64,000 bases of DNA from Parcubacteria group bacterium (GCA_016176785.1 JACOWN010000005.1:1202-65201); one strand, 5' to 3'. Counted from the first letter of the stretch, positions 30,696 through 40,907 are shown. Numbers and translations are program-made. Notes: a model not told the origin generated them from the sequence alone.

Positions 30696-31352
30696 TTATA
30701 AAGCGTTCCTTCTCGTTTCCGGCGGGATCGGTTTTTCCAATTCGCCCGGATTGAATATCTTGAAGAAAAGTTCCACCAATTCTTCCGTTCCGAGACGCGC
30801 AACGCGGATGCCGGCGGACGCAAGCCCTTGTTCCACCACGGAGGCGCGCTGTTCAAGCTGCGTCCTGTTTTCTTCAAACGATTCAATGCGTTCGGCAACG
30901 TTGGCGTCCCGCCCCCCTTTTTTTCCCAAAAGACCCGCAAACACACCGGCGCGTTCGACGCCTAAGATAGGCGGCGAATACGGCACCACGACAAAAAAGG
31001 CTTTTGTCATGATATTGGTGCTTTCGGTGAATTTTTTGACGAAATCAACGTATTCGGAAACCTGAATGCGCATCAAGTCGGACGTCTGCGCTTTTTCGCG
31101 TTCCTCAAGAAGTGACAAGTACGGCCTGATATCAAGCTTGCGTGATTGAATGAAAAACTGCACAGAAAAATCAAGCGAGTTCAGGAAGTTTTGAAATTGG
31201 AGCAAGATCGCTTCTTGTTCGGCGGCCGACTTGAGCGCAAGGTTGTGCGACGAAGTCATAAGAGCCAGCCGCAGCGAGCCGTCTTTCAAGACAACAACGC
31301 CGTTGCGTATTTCTCGGATGGGAACGAAGTCCTGCGTTGATTTTGAAACCAT
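30696..31352 (-). CDS. VirB4-associated protein (TraC/VirB4 N-terminal-like)
   Basis: STQDFVPI.EIR.G, FQNFLNSLDF, FFVVVPY; lies between PrgI and VirB4. Confidence 0.75.
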   Translation of the reverse strand: MVSKSTQDFVPIREIRNGVVVLKDGSLRLALMTSSHNLALKSAAEQEAILLQFQNFLNSLDFSVQFFIQSRKLDIRPYLSLLEEREKAQTSDLMRIQVSEYVDFVKKFTESTNIMTKAFFVVVPYSPPILGVERAGVFAGLLGKKGGRDANVAERIESFEENRTQLEQRASVVEQGLASAGIRVARLGTEELVELFFKIFNPGELEKPIPPETRRNAL

Positions 31353-31422
31353 GCGAATTTTGAATTATGAAACGGGAATTACGAATTAAGAATACAGCGA
31401 CCGCCGCCACGCACCACGACCC

Positions 31423-31857
31423 TTACTTCTTGCTTTCCGGTCCTTGCTTTTGTCCTGCATAGATGCTTTCGTGGACGTCCAAACTCCACGCAATGTCTTT
31501 CAGCTTGCTTTCCGAAAGGCGCGGGACGAAAAAATCGCTTGCGGGCGCCGCCTCCTTTCCCCGCTCTTCCGGCAAGCGCTCCCGTTTCTGCCATAGATAC
31601 AGTTTATCACGAGTGAGGAAACGCACCGCCGCCTCAAGGATATGGATAAAGTTCCGGTCGTTCACTTTGTAAAAAGCAAGCGCAAGAGAGAGCGCGACGA
31701 CGGGAGCGATCAGGAAGATCGCGAGGTAGAGCGGCAGCGCCCGGTAGAAGATGAAGGAAAACCCCGCGCCGCCGGCAAGATAAATAAACTGCTTCAGGGT
31801 CAGCGGCCCGAAGATCTTGTCCTCAACTTCTATGAATTGCGGTGTCTGAAATCTCAT
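31423..31857 (-). CDS. PrgI family (VirB3-like) protein
   Basis: MRFQTPQFIEVEDKIFGPLTLKQF plus two TMs. Confidence 0.88.
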   Translation of the reverse strand: MRFQTPQFIEVEDKIFGPLTLKQFIYLAGGAGFSFIFYRALPLYLAIFLIAPVVALSLALAFYKVNDRNFIHILEAAVRFLTRDKLYLWQKRERLPEERGKEAAPASDFFVPRLSESKLKDIAWSLDVHESIYAGQKQGPESKK

Positions 31858-31916
31858 GCGAAATCTCCAAAAAATTTTGGAGATTTCGTATGAGATTTAG
31901 AGTCATGAGTCATGAA

Positions 31917-32297
31917 TTAAGAATGCGTTTTTGATTTTTTGATAAGGCCGTTTATGAGTTTGCTTGCCGTAATGCTTTTCCGGGCGAGAATTTGAAATTC
32001 TTCGTTTGAAATATATTTTAAGTCTCTCGCAAGTATGAGTTGATTTTGTGTTTCGGTGAGCGACCCCAGTGACATACTATAGAAATATACCTTTTCCTTA
32101 TACGAGCCTCTACTGAATCCCTCCGCAATATTTGATGTAATGGATATGGTAGCGCGCCTGAGTTGTAAAGTAAGCGCAAACTGTTCTTCTTTGGGAAACG
32201 ACCTCGTCGTTTTGTATATGGAAAGCGCCAGTATATGGCTCGCTTTCCACGCGTCAAGGTCGGTGAAGGATTTTATTTTTCTTGATTCTTGATTCAT
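31917..32297 (-). CDS. Four-helix-bundle protein (23S rRNA intervening-sequence family)
   Basis: SFTDLDAW, FPKEE.FAL..QLRRA..SI.SNIAEG, GSL.E...QL; lower GC than its neighbours. Confidence 0.92.
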   Translation of the reverse strand: MNQESRKIKSFTDLDAWKASHILALSIYKTTRSFPKEEQFALTLQLRRATISITSNIAEGFSRGSYKEKVYFYSMSLGSLTETQNQLILARDLKYISNEEFQILARKSITASKLINGLIKKSKTHS

Positions 32298-32336
32298 ACT
32301 TCTTAATTCATCGTGAACCGATAGAGTGGCTGGGAA

Positions 32337-33086
32337 CTACTCTATCGGTTCACGGTATGGGTCCGGTTCTTTGTACGCGGTCGGCGTCGCCTCCGGCGCC
32401 TCCGTTTCCCGAATTATTTCTTCGCCGAACTCGCTTTTCGTCGGCGGAAGGCGGAATGTTTTTTGCAGTTTCTCCGAAACGATGTCCCGCGGCTTTTCCT
32501 CGGGCGTTTCCCCGCGCGGCGCAAGCGGCGTGCCTATTTTGTCGGGCTCCTCTATGTCGCGAAGCGTTTCTTCGCGGCTTATTTCCTCATCCGCCGTGTG
32601 TTGCGGATATTCTTTCTCAAACTCCGGTGCCTCGTCATCTTCGGTCTCAACCGGCAGCGTATCCGGCGTCTCGCCTCCTTTGGCGAAGGCGGACGTTCCC
32701 TGCGGCGGCGTTTCCGGAACTTCTTTTTCCCGCTCTTTGATCCCCGTCTCCACGGTTCTGGCGCCCTCAATGCCGTGGACCGTCTTAAGCGACTCTCTGA
32801 TCGGTCGGAAAATCTGCTCATTGACGTCCTGCGCGATGGCGCGCGCCGCATCCGCCTCAACGCCAAGTTCCCGCGTGAGCGTCCTCACGTAATCGCGCGG
32901 GTGAACGAGTCCCAGCATCACCCCGCCGGTAGCGTCAAAAAGTTTTTCCTGCACATCAAGATGCAGGCGGTGTTTTGCGCCGATCGCCTGCAGCTGCTCC
33001 GCGACCTCCACCGAAGATATCGCGGTGCGCACATCCTCGGGGATATTTTCATATTGTTTTTTTAGTTTTTCAAATAGAAACTCCAT
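32337..33086 (-). CDS. Acidic hypothetical protein ending in DPYREPIE
   Basis: LHLD..VMLGL, IFRPIRESL, C-terminal DPYREP. Confidence 0.75.
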   Translation of the reverse strand: MEFLFEKLKKQYENIPEDVRTAISSVEVAEQLQAIGAKHRLHLDVQEKLFDATGGVMLGLVHPRDYVRTLTRELGVEADAARAIAQDVNEQIFRPIRESLKTVHGIEGARTVETGIKEREKEVPETPPQGTSAFAKGGETPDTLPVETEDDEAPEFEKEYPQHTADEEISREETLRDIEEPDKIGTPLAPRGETPEEKPRDIVSEKLQKTFRLPPTKSEFGEEIIRETEAPEATPTAYKEPDPYREPIE

Positions 33087-33091
33087 ATGCG

Positions 33092-35113
33092 TTAGGTATT
33101 ACTTTGTTTTGTAAAACGACTAATATTTCTTGCGATATCGTCAAGTTTTTGTTGTGCCTTGCTTTGTTTTGTTTGCAGTTCATTAACCCGGCTTTCCTCC
33201 GCCGTGGTAAGTTCGCCACGACGCCTTCTTTGCCCTTGGAGGCGGCTCATCTCGTTTTTAATATCTTGCATATCTTTTTTAGCGCCTTCTTCCTGTTTTT
33301 TCCAGTGCGCAAGCTGCAAAGTTCCGGACGCTCGTTTGTCTTTGCGCGCGATTTTGGTGAATAGGGTGTCAATGGACGGCGTCTCAATAGTTCGCGCGTA
33401 TCCGAGCTGGCGTGATGTTTGGAGGCGTGCGATTTCTTGTTCTTTGGCACGGATTTGCCCCTCGATAATTTTTGCTCTCTGTGTCGCTTGCAGTCGAGCG
33501 TCATCCGTACCTATCGCGCTTCGCGCGATCGCTTTTTGTGTTTCCAAACTTTCTCGATCTTCCGCAATCTGTTCTTGTACCCTTCGTATTTCTTCTTGAG
33601 GCACTCCCAAACTCTTTCCAAATTGTTCTCGCGCGGCAGTCTGCCTTTCAAGTTGCGCTTCGTAGCCGCCCTTGCCGCGCACTTTGCCGAGGCCTATACC
33701 GAGCTTGGCTGCGCCCTTGGTAACCGGCGCAACGCCTCGGATATCGTAACTTCCTCCCGCAACGCCGCGCGTTGCCTTGAGGGCGAGCGCGCCGGTCCTG
33801 CTTTTCGCCGCCCAGTCGCGGAAGCCCTCGGTTGAAGCGATCTTTGAAGCGGCGCGGCCGAGCGTTTGCCGCAACGCGAAGCCCGCTCCTCCGGCGGCTA
33901 TCGTCCCTCCGGCAAAGCCCGCCACCGCATTGCCGTACTCTATCGCCGTCTTTCCGAAATCACCGCTTAAGTTCTTCACCGCCTTCAGCCCGTAGAGAAG
34001 GATGAAAATGATGACTATGAAATTGAAAATCCCCGTGACGTCAAGAATGTCTTTTTGCGCGATGCGCGTAAGCAGCTGGCCGTTTTGGATGATCAGGATC
34101 GCGATATAGAGCACGAAAAGATAAAGCGGCGCGACGAAAATTTGATTCGTAAGCGTTGAAAGCCAGGCGTCAAAATGTTTTTTCGTTGACGGCAGGATGG
34201 CGAGAAGGAACGCAAGCGGCGCGAGAACGGCAAGAAAAATGAATGCAACGAAACGGCCAATCAAAAGCAGAGCGCCGGTGAAAAACGTCCACGCCGTCAC
34301 GAAGTAAAGCGTCGCCAAACTGACGAGAATGACGGACATTTTGCCCGGCGTGAGCCCGGAAACCGTTTTTGTCGGGTCGTAATTTTGAAGAAGACCGAGG
34401 CCGTTTAATATCTCGCTTGATATCGTGCCGCCCGCGCTTGAGAACGCATCGTAAAACTGAAGCGCAATGATGTTTGACGCGTCAATCCCGACCTTGACGA
34501 AGAACAAGCTGAAGTTGATGAGGAGCGCGACGATAATGAGCCGCGCGAGGAGCGTTTTCATGCCGTACTTTTCTATCTGGAGAATGGTCGCGATGGCGAT
34601 GACAAGCAGGATGAAGATGAAAAAAAGATTCGCAAAATCGCGCGTTACGGTCCAGCCGACGGTGATCGCGTCCACCCGCTCAAGGGCGTTGCTTCTGATG
34701 GTGAACTCAATGACGTGGTCAAGCAAAAGGCCCGTGCCTGTCATGAGGGCGTTCGCGATGTTTACGACGGTGACGAGGACCCAGTTGAGGCCTCCCACGA
34801 CAAAGTCGCCGACGGTTTGCGGGAAAAAGTAGGCAAATCCGGCGGTCGCAAAAATTGAAGCGGCTCCGAATACGAACGCCGGCAGCATAAAGGCAACGGC
34901 GTATGCGGAATGGGCCGGGAGCAAAAAGCCGGCGAGAATGACAAGCGCCACGGACAAAGCGGTTCGCCGGGAACATTTCGGATACTGACGCGCGCAGAGC
35001 CGCCCGAGCCGCGCGAAGCGGTTCCGTACATATACGTAAAGTTTTTGGGATACCATTCGCATGGTTAATCGTTCGGCGTACCCCCGCCGAGGGTTAAGGG
35101 AAAGACGCGGCAT
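33092..35113 (-). CDS. VirB6/TrbL-like polytopic membrane protein (start uncertain)
   Basis: GW..TRDFAN.FFIF, ALLINFS, R...L.VLAPLAF....LP; coiled-coil tail. Confidence 0.8.
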   Translation of the reverse strand: MPRLSLNPRRGYAERLTMRMVSQKLYVYVRNRFARLGRLCARQYPKCSRRTALSVALVILAGFLLPAHSAYAVAFMLPAFVFGAASIFATAGFAYFFPQTVGDFVVGGLNWVLVTVVNIANALMTGTGLLLDHVIEFTIRSNALERVDAITVGWTVTRDFANLFFIFILLVIAIATILQIEKYGMKTLLARLIIVALLINFSLFFVKVGIDASNIIALQFYDAFSSAGGTISSEILNGLGLLQNYDPTKTVSGLTPGKMSVILVSLATLYFVTAWTFFTGALLLIGRFVAFIFLAVLAPLAFLLAILPSTKKHFDAWLSTLTNQIFVAPLYLFVLYIAILIIQNGQLLTRIAQKDILDVTGIFNFIVIIFILLYGLKAVKNLSGDFGKTAIEYGNAVAGFAGGTIAAGGAGFALRQTLGRAASKIASTEGFRDWAAKSRTGALALKATRGVAGGSYDIRGVAPVTKGAAKLGIGLGKVRGKGGYEAQLERQTAAREQFGKSLGVPQEEIRRVQEQIAEDRESLETQKAIARSAIGTDDARLQATQRAKIIEGQIRAKEQEIARLQTSRQLGYARTIETPSIDTLFTKIARKDKRASGTLQLAHWKKQEEGAKKDMQDIKNEMSRLQGQRRRRGELTTAEESRVNELQTKQSKAQQKLDDIARNISRFTKQSNT

Positions 35114-36615
35114 TCCTCTATTTTTTGCTGCGTTGCGCCGCGAAGTTCCGTCATCGCGTCATCGGTGTCGGACGCGCTGACGCGGGCGCTTATGACATCC
35201 GCCTCACTGTGAAGCGTTTCGGTTTCAAGGAGTCCGCGATAATCCTCCGCAATGGCGCTCATGGTGGAGACGGTCTGCGCGCTCTCGGCGCGGATGCGGA
35301 ATGCCGCAAGCGCCGCCGACAGTTCGTTTGAGGAAACGATGGCGCTCTGGAGCGTATCCTTCCGCGGCGCGATGTCCGTTGCGAGGGTCGTTGACGCGGC
35401 CGCAATGCGGCTCCGTGCCGTTTGCGCGTCGTCAAGCGTGAGAGGAACGGTCTGCGTACGCGTCAGTTTGTCCGTATAACACGCAATGAGTTCGTTCACT
35501 TTCGTTTCGGCGCCGAGGACGCTCCGCAGGGCGGCTTCCTTGGCGGCGCGGTAATCACCTTCGGCGGCGCTGCGGCGCGCGAGTTCGTCAAGAAGTTCCC
35601 GCCTGACACCCGGCAGCGTTTCTGCGTTTATGTCCGTCCCCAAGCGGTCGGTATATGACGGCTGTCCGCCGCTCCGGTCGGAAAGGCCGAGCAATCCGAC
35701 TCCTCCGAATATCTGCTGCGTCAGCTGCACGATGAGCGCCTGCACGATCTCGTTGAATGAATCCGCAAGCTCTAACTGGCGCACCGTGCTCCCAAACTGG
35801 TTTGCAAGCACGTCCTCAATAAGAACCCCGGGCGACTTGATGGAGCAGTTCTCAACCTCCGCCGTTTGTCCGGTTGCTTCCTCCATGACCGTATCCTTCG
35901 TGCAGTGCCTAAATGCTATGAAGCCGCTTGCCCAATTCGCTTCTTGTTCCGCACGCTTCTCCGCATTCCGTAACTGACGCTCCCGCTCGTCCACCGCAAG
36001 CAGGTATTGGCCGTAGATATTGTTTTCCGGCTGGAGCGTCACATTGATCCATGCCTCCCACCCCACTCGGTGCACGTACAGCTCAAGGTCTCGGAAGTTC
36101 CGGACAACGCCCGAAAGCGTGCATTGGAATCGGTATCGTTGCGGAACGGGTTTCCGGAGGAGAAAGCGGAACGGTTCAAGCGAGTAGGAGCACAGGTTCG
36201 TGAGGCCTAACTTTTCAATAAAAGCGCCCGATACCTGGTCAAGCACGTCCGCAAAAAATTGTTCAGGGTCGGTTATGAAGCCCGGGTTCCCCTCAAAGCC
36301 GTTGTTGATCCAATTGACGATGTCAGCCGTCATTTGCTGAATAACCATTTTTGCGATCGCCCACGCAAGCGGATTGAGGACGTTTTTCATGAACTGGTCC
36401 GCCGAATCAAGCGCCGCGCTCGTCGTATTGGCGGCGGCGCTTATCCTTTCCGGAATCGTTCCGGGTCCGTCGATGACGATGACGGCATTGCCGCCTGCCC
36501 CGCCGAGACCGAACAAGGCCGCAAATGTTTTCTGCGGCGCGATCGCAAACACCGCGGGCATAACCAAAGCGCCCATCAGTATCCCCGTTATGAGTTTTTT
36601 ATGAAGAGGCGTCAT
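35065..36615 (-). CDS. T4SS-cluster secreted/membrane hypothetical protein
   Basis: Signal peptide, IVNWINNGFEGNP.F, conserved Cys, ADSFNEI. Confidence 0.7.
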   Translation of the reverse strand: MTPLHKKLITGILMGALVMPAVFAIAPQKTFAALFGLGGAGGNAVIVIDGPGTIPERISAAANTTSAALDSADQFMKNVLNPLAWAIAKMVIQQMTADIVNWINNGFEGNPGFITDPEQFFADVLDQVSGAFIEKLGLTNLCSYSLEPFRFLLRKPVPQRYRFQCTLSGVVRNFRDLELYVHRVGWEAWINVTLQPENNIYGQYLLAVDERERQLRNAEKRAEQEANWASGFIAFRHCTKDTVMEEATGQTAEVENCSIKSPGVLIEDVLANQFGSTVRQLELADSFNEIVQALIVQLTQQIFGGVGLLGLSDRSGGQPSYTDRLGTDINAETLPGVRRELLDELARRSAAEGDYRAAKEAALRSVLGAETKVNELIACYTDKLTRTQTVPLTLDDAQTARSRIAAASTTLATDIAPRKDTLQSAIVSSNELSAALAAFRIRAESAQTVSTMSAIAEDYRGLLETETLHSEADVISARVSASDTDDAMTELRGATQQKIEECRVFPLTLGGGTPND

Positions 36616-36623
36616 ACGGTTTT

Positions 36624-37601
36624 CTACGGCACGAGACGCGCAAAAACGCTCCCCGCCTCGTTTGCGCTGAAGGCAATACCGTGCGCCGTCTTAAAATACG
36701 CTTTCAGGTTTTTGAGCGCGGTGTACAGCGAATCGGCGCTTTTTTGGTAAACACCGAGGTGCACCAGCGCAGAAAGAGGGTCTTCGTAGACCGCCTTCAT
36801 GGCGCGGATGTTTTCCGAGAGCGCGTTGAAACTTGAAAGAAGAGCCGTGTGGAGCGCGCGCGCGTCATTCGGCACGGAGAGCCCCCGCGCGTCCGCGAAC
36901 ATGTTGTCGTATGCGGCGATGATCGGTTCAAGTTTTTCCAATTCTTTCTTGTCTTCGTTGGAAAGGGCGCGGAGGAGAATGACCGCTTCGTTCTCGTTCG
37001 TCACGGAATTGGCGATAATGACTCCGCCGAGCGCATTGCCGTACGCCCGAACCGTTTCCTCGGTTGCGGGGACGATATTTTTGATGTCTTCCTCGGAAAA
37101 ACTCTTGTCGGCGATGTCAACGTACGCCTTTTGAGCGATTGTGTTCACAAAATCCGCTTCCGTAACCGCGTTGAACGAATCCGACTGTTTCAAGGCGAGG
37201 TAACCGGTGATGACATCGCGCGCGAGTTCCCCCGTTGCCGTGCGCGGCGCCTGCTCCTCATTTGTTCGCGGCGCGATTTTTGTCGCGGTGCGGCGGTCGT
37301 CGGGTCCCGCGACGGTCGGATCGCGGCCTTCGCGCACCTCCGCGCCGTCCGGCGTCCCGTCGCCGTCAGTGTCGGGATTTTTGGGGTCTGTTTTCCAAAG
37401 AATTTCCTCCCAATCGCGGAGGCCGTCGCCGTCTTCATCGCGGATAAGAAGGTCCGCCGCATTTTTCGGCGCGCTTGCCGTCGCAAGCGTAGTTGATTGC
37501 TCAAACCCCGCCTTGTTTTTGAGCGAGTTCACAACAAAAACCCCTCCTATGACAAGGACGCCAAAAATAACCGCAAAAACAGTTTTGCTTCGGAAATTCA
37601 C
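36624..37601 (-). CDS. Membrane-anchored protein with TSP3-like Ca-binding repeats
   Basis: DEDGDGLRDWEE, DTDGDGTPDGAE. Confidence 0.75.
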   Translation of the reverse strand: MNFRSKTVFAVIFGVLVIGGVFVVNSLKNKAGFEQSTTLATASAPKNAADLLIRDEDGDGLRDWEEILWKTDPKNPDTDGDGTPDGAEVREGRDPTVAGPDDRRTATKIAPRTNEEQAPRTATGELARDVITGYLALKQSDSFNAVTEADFVNTIAQKAYVDIADKSFSEEDIKNIVPATEETVRAYGNALGGVIIANSVTNENEAVILLRALSNEDKKELEKLEPIIAAYDNMFADARGLSVPNDARALHTALLSSFNALSENIRAMKAVYEDPLSALVHLGVYQKSADSLYTALKNLKAYFKTAHGIAFSANEAGSVFARLVP

Positions 37602-37727
37602 TCTATATGTTCAAATTATAGCAACATATCCTCCCCCGGAGTACGCATGTGACGACGAAATGTGTGGATAAGAAAAACCCCGCGAGAGACGGGGGTTCCC
37701 GCGGGGTTGCGCGAGCCGAGTGTCGGG

Positions 37728-38540
37728 TTACGTTGAAGAAAAAGGTCGGGCAAGAACCCGCGCCAGTCGTTTCCAGTCCTCAAGCGACAAATCCTCGGCT
37801 CGCGCGTCCGGAGAGACACCCGCTTTTTTAAAGAGAGGACCGTCTGCGCCTTTGTTTCTAAGGTTATTTGAGAGTTTTTTGCGCGGGTGAGCGAAGCCGG
37901 CGCGCACGACGGAAAAAAACGCGTCCTCGGAGATGTCTTCAAAAAAGTCCCTCGAGATGCCCGCGATAGTGAGTATCGCCGAATCAACTTTTGGCGCCGG
38001 CACGAAAGAGCCGGCTTTTACGGTTTTTACGTATTTCGGCGCGCCGTACGCTTTAACGGATATTGAAAGAAGGGATTCCTTGCCGTTTTTTGCAATAATG
38101 CGCTCGGCAACTTCTTTTTGCACGATGACCGCGATCATGCGCGGTTTCGGGTCTATGGAAAGGAAGCGGCGGAGAAACGCGCCGGTGATGTAGTAGGGAA
38201 TACTGCCGATGAGTTTGTAGTGAGTAGTTTGCAGGGAGTGGTTTTTTGGTTCAAATTGGAGAATGTCGGCGGGGACGACGACGAGTTTTTGAGCGGCGGT
38301 TTCTGCGGCGAGCGCATGTGTAAGTTCGGCGGCGAGGGTCTCGTCTTTTTCTACGGCAATAACGCGCTCCGCGCGCTCAAGAAGTATTTTTGTGATCATC
38401 CCCCTTCCCGGGCCGACCTCAACAACCGTATCTCCGCGCCCGACATCAGCCGCATCCGCGAGTTCGCGAGCGGTTGACTCGTTTTTTAAAAAGTTTTGCC
38501 CCAGAGATTTTTTTACCCCCGTTCTTACGTCATGGATCAT
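37728..38540 (-). CDS. rsmA: 16S rRNA dimethyladenosine transferase RsmA/KsgA
   Basis: KKSLGQNFL, EVGPG.G, IPYYIT, QKEVAER, PKVDS. Confidence 0.96.
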   Translation of the reverse strand: MIHDVRTGVKKSLGQNFLKNESTARELADAADVGRGDTVVEVGPGRGMITKILLERAERVIAVEKDETLAAELTHALAAETAAQKLVVVPADILQFEPKNHSLQTTHYKLIGSIPYYITGAFLRRFLSIDPKPRMIAVIVQKEVAERIIAKNGKESLLSISVKAYGAPKYVKTVKAGSFVPAPKVDSAILTIAGISRDFFEDISEDAFFSVVRAGFAHPRKKLSNNLRNKGADGPLFKKAGVSPDARAEDLSLEDWKRLARVLARPFSST

Positions 38541-38550
38541 ACGTCATGGA

Positions 38551-40512
38551 TCAGATATTGATATTCGGCATTATCTCTTCTTCGTTTGCTGTTTCCAATT
38601 CAACCAACTCCTGCGGAATATCCGCGAGGAACTCCGACGGCGCATTGAGCCCGCGGCTGCCGAACACGGAACGCGTTTCCGCATACGACAAAAACACTTT
38701 TTCTTTTGCCCGCGTGAGCGCCACATAAAAAAGCCGTCGCTCCTCTTCCTGTTTTTCCGCGTCAGTCCGCGCGGAGTCGGCTCCGGCCCTCGTTTCCGAA
38801 GGGAAAAGCCCCTGCTCCAATCCCGTCACAAAGACGTACGGGAACTCAAGCCCCTTCGCCGCGTGAACCGTCATAAGCCGCACTCCCTTTCCGTCCCGCA
38901 CGAGCGCGTCCTGGTCGCTTGCGAGCGCCGCATCTTCCAAAAACTTGTCCAGGTCTCTGTATCGCGACGCGAGCGAGCCGAGTTCCTTTACGTTTTGCAG
39001 ACGCTCAAAGCCGTCGCCGCCTTCGCTTTCAAGATGCGCCGTAAGACCGGAATGTTCCGCAACGAAGCTCACGAGTTCCGCCGGCGTTTTTTCCCGCGCG
39101 GCGATCTCTATTTTTTTAAGCAGTGCGTAAAAATCATCTATTTTTCCGCGTATTTTGGGGGGTAGCGCGTTTTTTTGCCCCGAAAAAATCTTTACGATCG
39201 TTACGGTGCCGACGCCGCGCGGGGGCATGTTGATGATGCGTTTCACGTCGCCCAAGCTCTCCGGATTCACTGCGGCGCGAATGTATGAAAACACGTCTTT
39301 GATCTCTTTCCGCTCGAAAAATCTCGTGCCGAGAACGACATACGGCACGTCAAGCGCGAGGCACGCTTCTTCAAGAGCGCGCGACTGGAAGTTCGTCCGG
39401 TACAACATCGCAATGTCGTGCGGTGCGGCGTTTTTCCGGCCAATGAGTTCCCGCGCCCGCGCGGCGGCGTAGTACGCTTCGGCCATTTCGTTCGGCGCGA
39501 CGAAAAGCGAAAGTTTCTCGCCGCGCGGTTTTTGCGTGAAGAGCGTTTTTTTCTGGCGCAGCGTGTTTTTTTGTATCACCTCGTTCGCGGCGTCAAGGAT
39601 CGTTTTTGTGGAGCGGTAATTTTCTTCAAGAAAAACGATCTTCGTGTTCGGATAGTCCTTTTCAAAACGGAGAATGTTTTTTATCCGCGCTCCGCGCCAG
39701 GAATAAATGAGCTGGTCGGTGTCTCCGACGGCGCACACATTCCCGTGTTTTTCCGCGAGCAGTTTCGCCAGCATGTACTGCGCATGATTCGTGTCCTGAT
39801 ACTCGTCAATGTGGATGTGGCTCCAGCGATCTTGGAAATGCGCGAGCGCGGCGGCGTTTTTTTGGAGAAGGAGCACTGCGGAAAGGAGCAGGTCGTCAAA
39901 ATCAAGCGCGCCCTCCCTCGCAAGAAGCGCGTCATATTCGCGCCAGACGCGCGCCGCCGCATACGAGAATCGCGCGCCGAACGATGCGTCGCCGCCGTAT
40001 CTTTTTTCATACTCGTCCACGGTCACGAGGTCCCCTTTCATGCGTGAAATGTGCGCGAGCATCTTTCCGGGCTCATATTGTTTTGGGTCAGCGCCGACAT
40101 TTTTCATCGCATGCCGTATGAGGGACTTGGAATCGTCGCGGTCTTTGATGGTGAAATGTTTTTTAATGCCGATGGCGCCTCCTTTTTCTCTCAGAATATG
40201 CACCCCCAAGGAGTGGAAGGTTCCAATGAACGGAAAATCCGCCGGATCGTTTCCGTATCCCGTAACCCGCGCCCCGCCACCTGTCCGCATGAGCAGGCTC
40301 ACACGTTCCCGCATCTCGTTCGCGGCTTTGTTGGTGAACGTAACGGCGAGGATACGCTCCGGCGAGACGCCGCTTCTCAAAAGTTCGGCGATCCGGCAGG
40401 TGACGACGCGCGTTTTTCCTGCTCCCGCCCCCGCAACCACCAATAAAGGGCCCTCTTTGTGGAGTACCGCCTCTTTTTGCGCAGGATTCAACCCGTGAAG
40501 CGAAGCGTCCAT
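38551..40512 (-). CDS. pcrA: PcrA/UvrD helicase
   Basis: AGAGAGKT, TFTNKAA, DEYQDTN, LEENYRS, TVHAAKGLEF, YVALTRA. Confidence 0.93.
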   Translation of the reverse strand: MDASLHGLNPAQKEAVLHKEGPLLVVAGAGAGKTRVVTCRIAELLRSGVSPERILAVTFTNKAANEMRERVSLLMRTGGGARVTGYGNDPADFPFIGTFHSLGVHILREKGGAIGIKKHFTIKDRDDSKSLIRHAMKNVGADPKQYEPGKMLAHISRMKGDLVTVDEYEKRYGGDASFGARFSYAAARVWREYDALLAREGALDFDDLLLSAVLLLQKNAAALAHFQDRWSHIHIDEYQDTNHAQYMLAKLLAEKHGNVCAVGDTDQLIYSWRGARIKNILRFEKDYPNTKIVFLEENYRSTKTILDAANEVIQKNTLRQKKTLFTQKPRGEKLSLFVAPNEMAEAYYAAARARELIGRKNAAPHDIAMLYRTNFQSRALEEACLALDVPYVVLGTRFFERKEIKDVFSYIRAAVNPESLGDVKRIINMPPRGVGTVTIVKIFSGQKNALPPKIRGKIDDFYALLKKIEIAAREKTPAELVSFVAEHSGLTAHLESEGGDGFERLQNVKELGSLASRYRDLDKFLEDAALASDQDALVRDGKGVRLMTVHAAKGLEFPYVFVTGLEQGLFPSETRAGADSARTDAEKQEEERRLFYVALTRAKEKVFLSYAETRSVFGSRGLNAPSEFLADIPQELVELETANEEEIMPNINI

Positions 40513-40907
40513 TGGGGTACTATAGCACACATTGACTTACTCGCGTATTTGTTTCTTTTTGCTCGTTTTTGAGTCCTTTTTAAGGGCTTTCTGGGGCGCA
40601 GGACATCGCGCCGTGCGGTGGTGGAAAACTCGCTTGCGTTTCCCCGTCCTCCTCGCTATACTGGGCAGTATCGTGAAACGGTAGCAGTGAACGCCAAAGA
40701 CCTTGCAAATAAAGGTCATTTCTGATTTTCGGTAGGCCTGTATCTTGCCTCGTCGCCCTATTTTTCCCCCGTTTTCAATAAGATCTTACGGCTGCATTTT
40801 GGACAACGGTCGGGGGCGCGGGCATCAAAAAGCAACTTATTTCTCCGACATCACAAGACCCCGGCTCGAGTTTTCGTGTTTCGGACGGTCGGGCGACACA
40901 ATGCAGG

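Noticed and set aside
31917-32297. Diversity-generating retroelement (Avd-like fold)
   Set aside because: No reverse transcriptase or TR/VR adenine-mismatch repeat pair was seen in the window.
25640-37601. Integrative conjugative element
   Set aside because: No integrase, relaxase, att repeats or compositional break; embedded among core genes.
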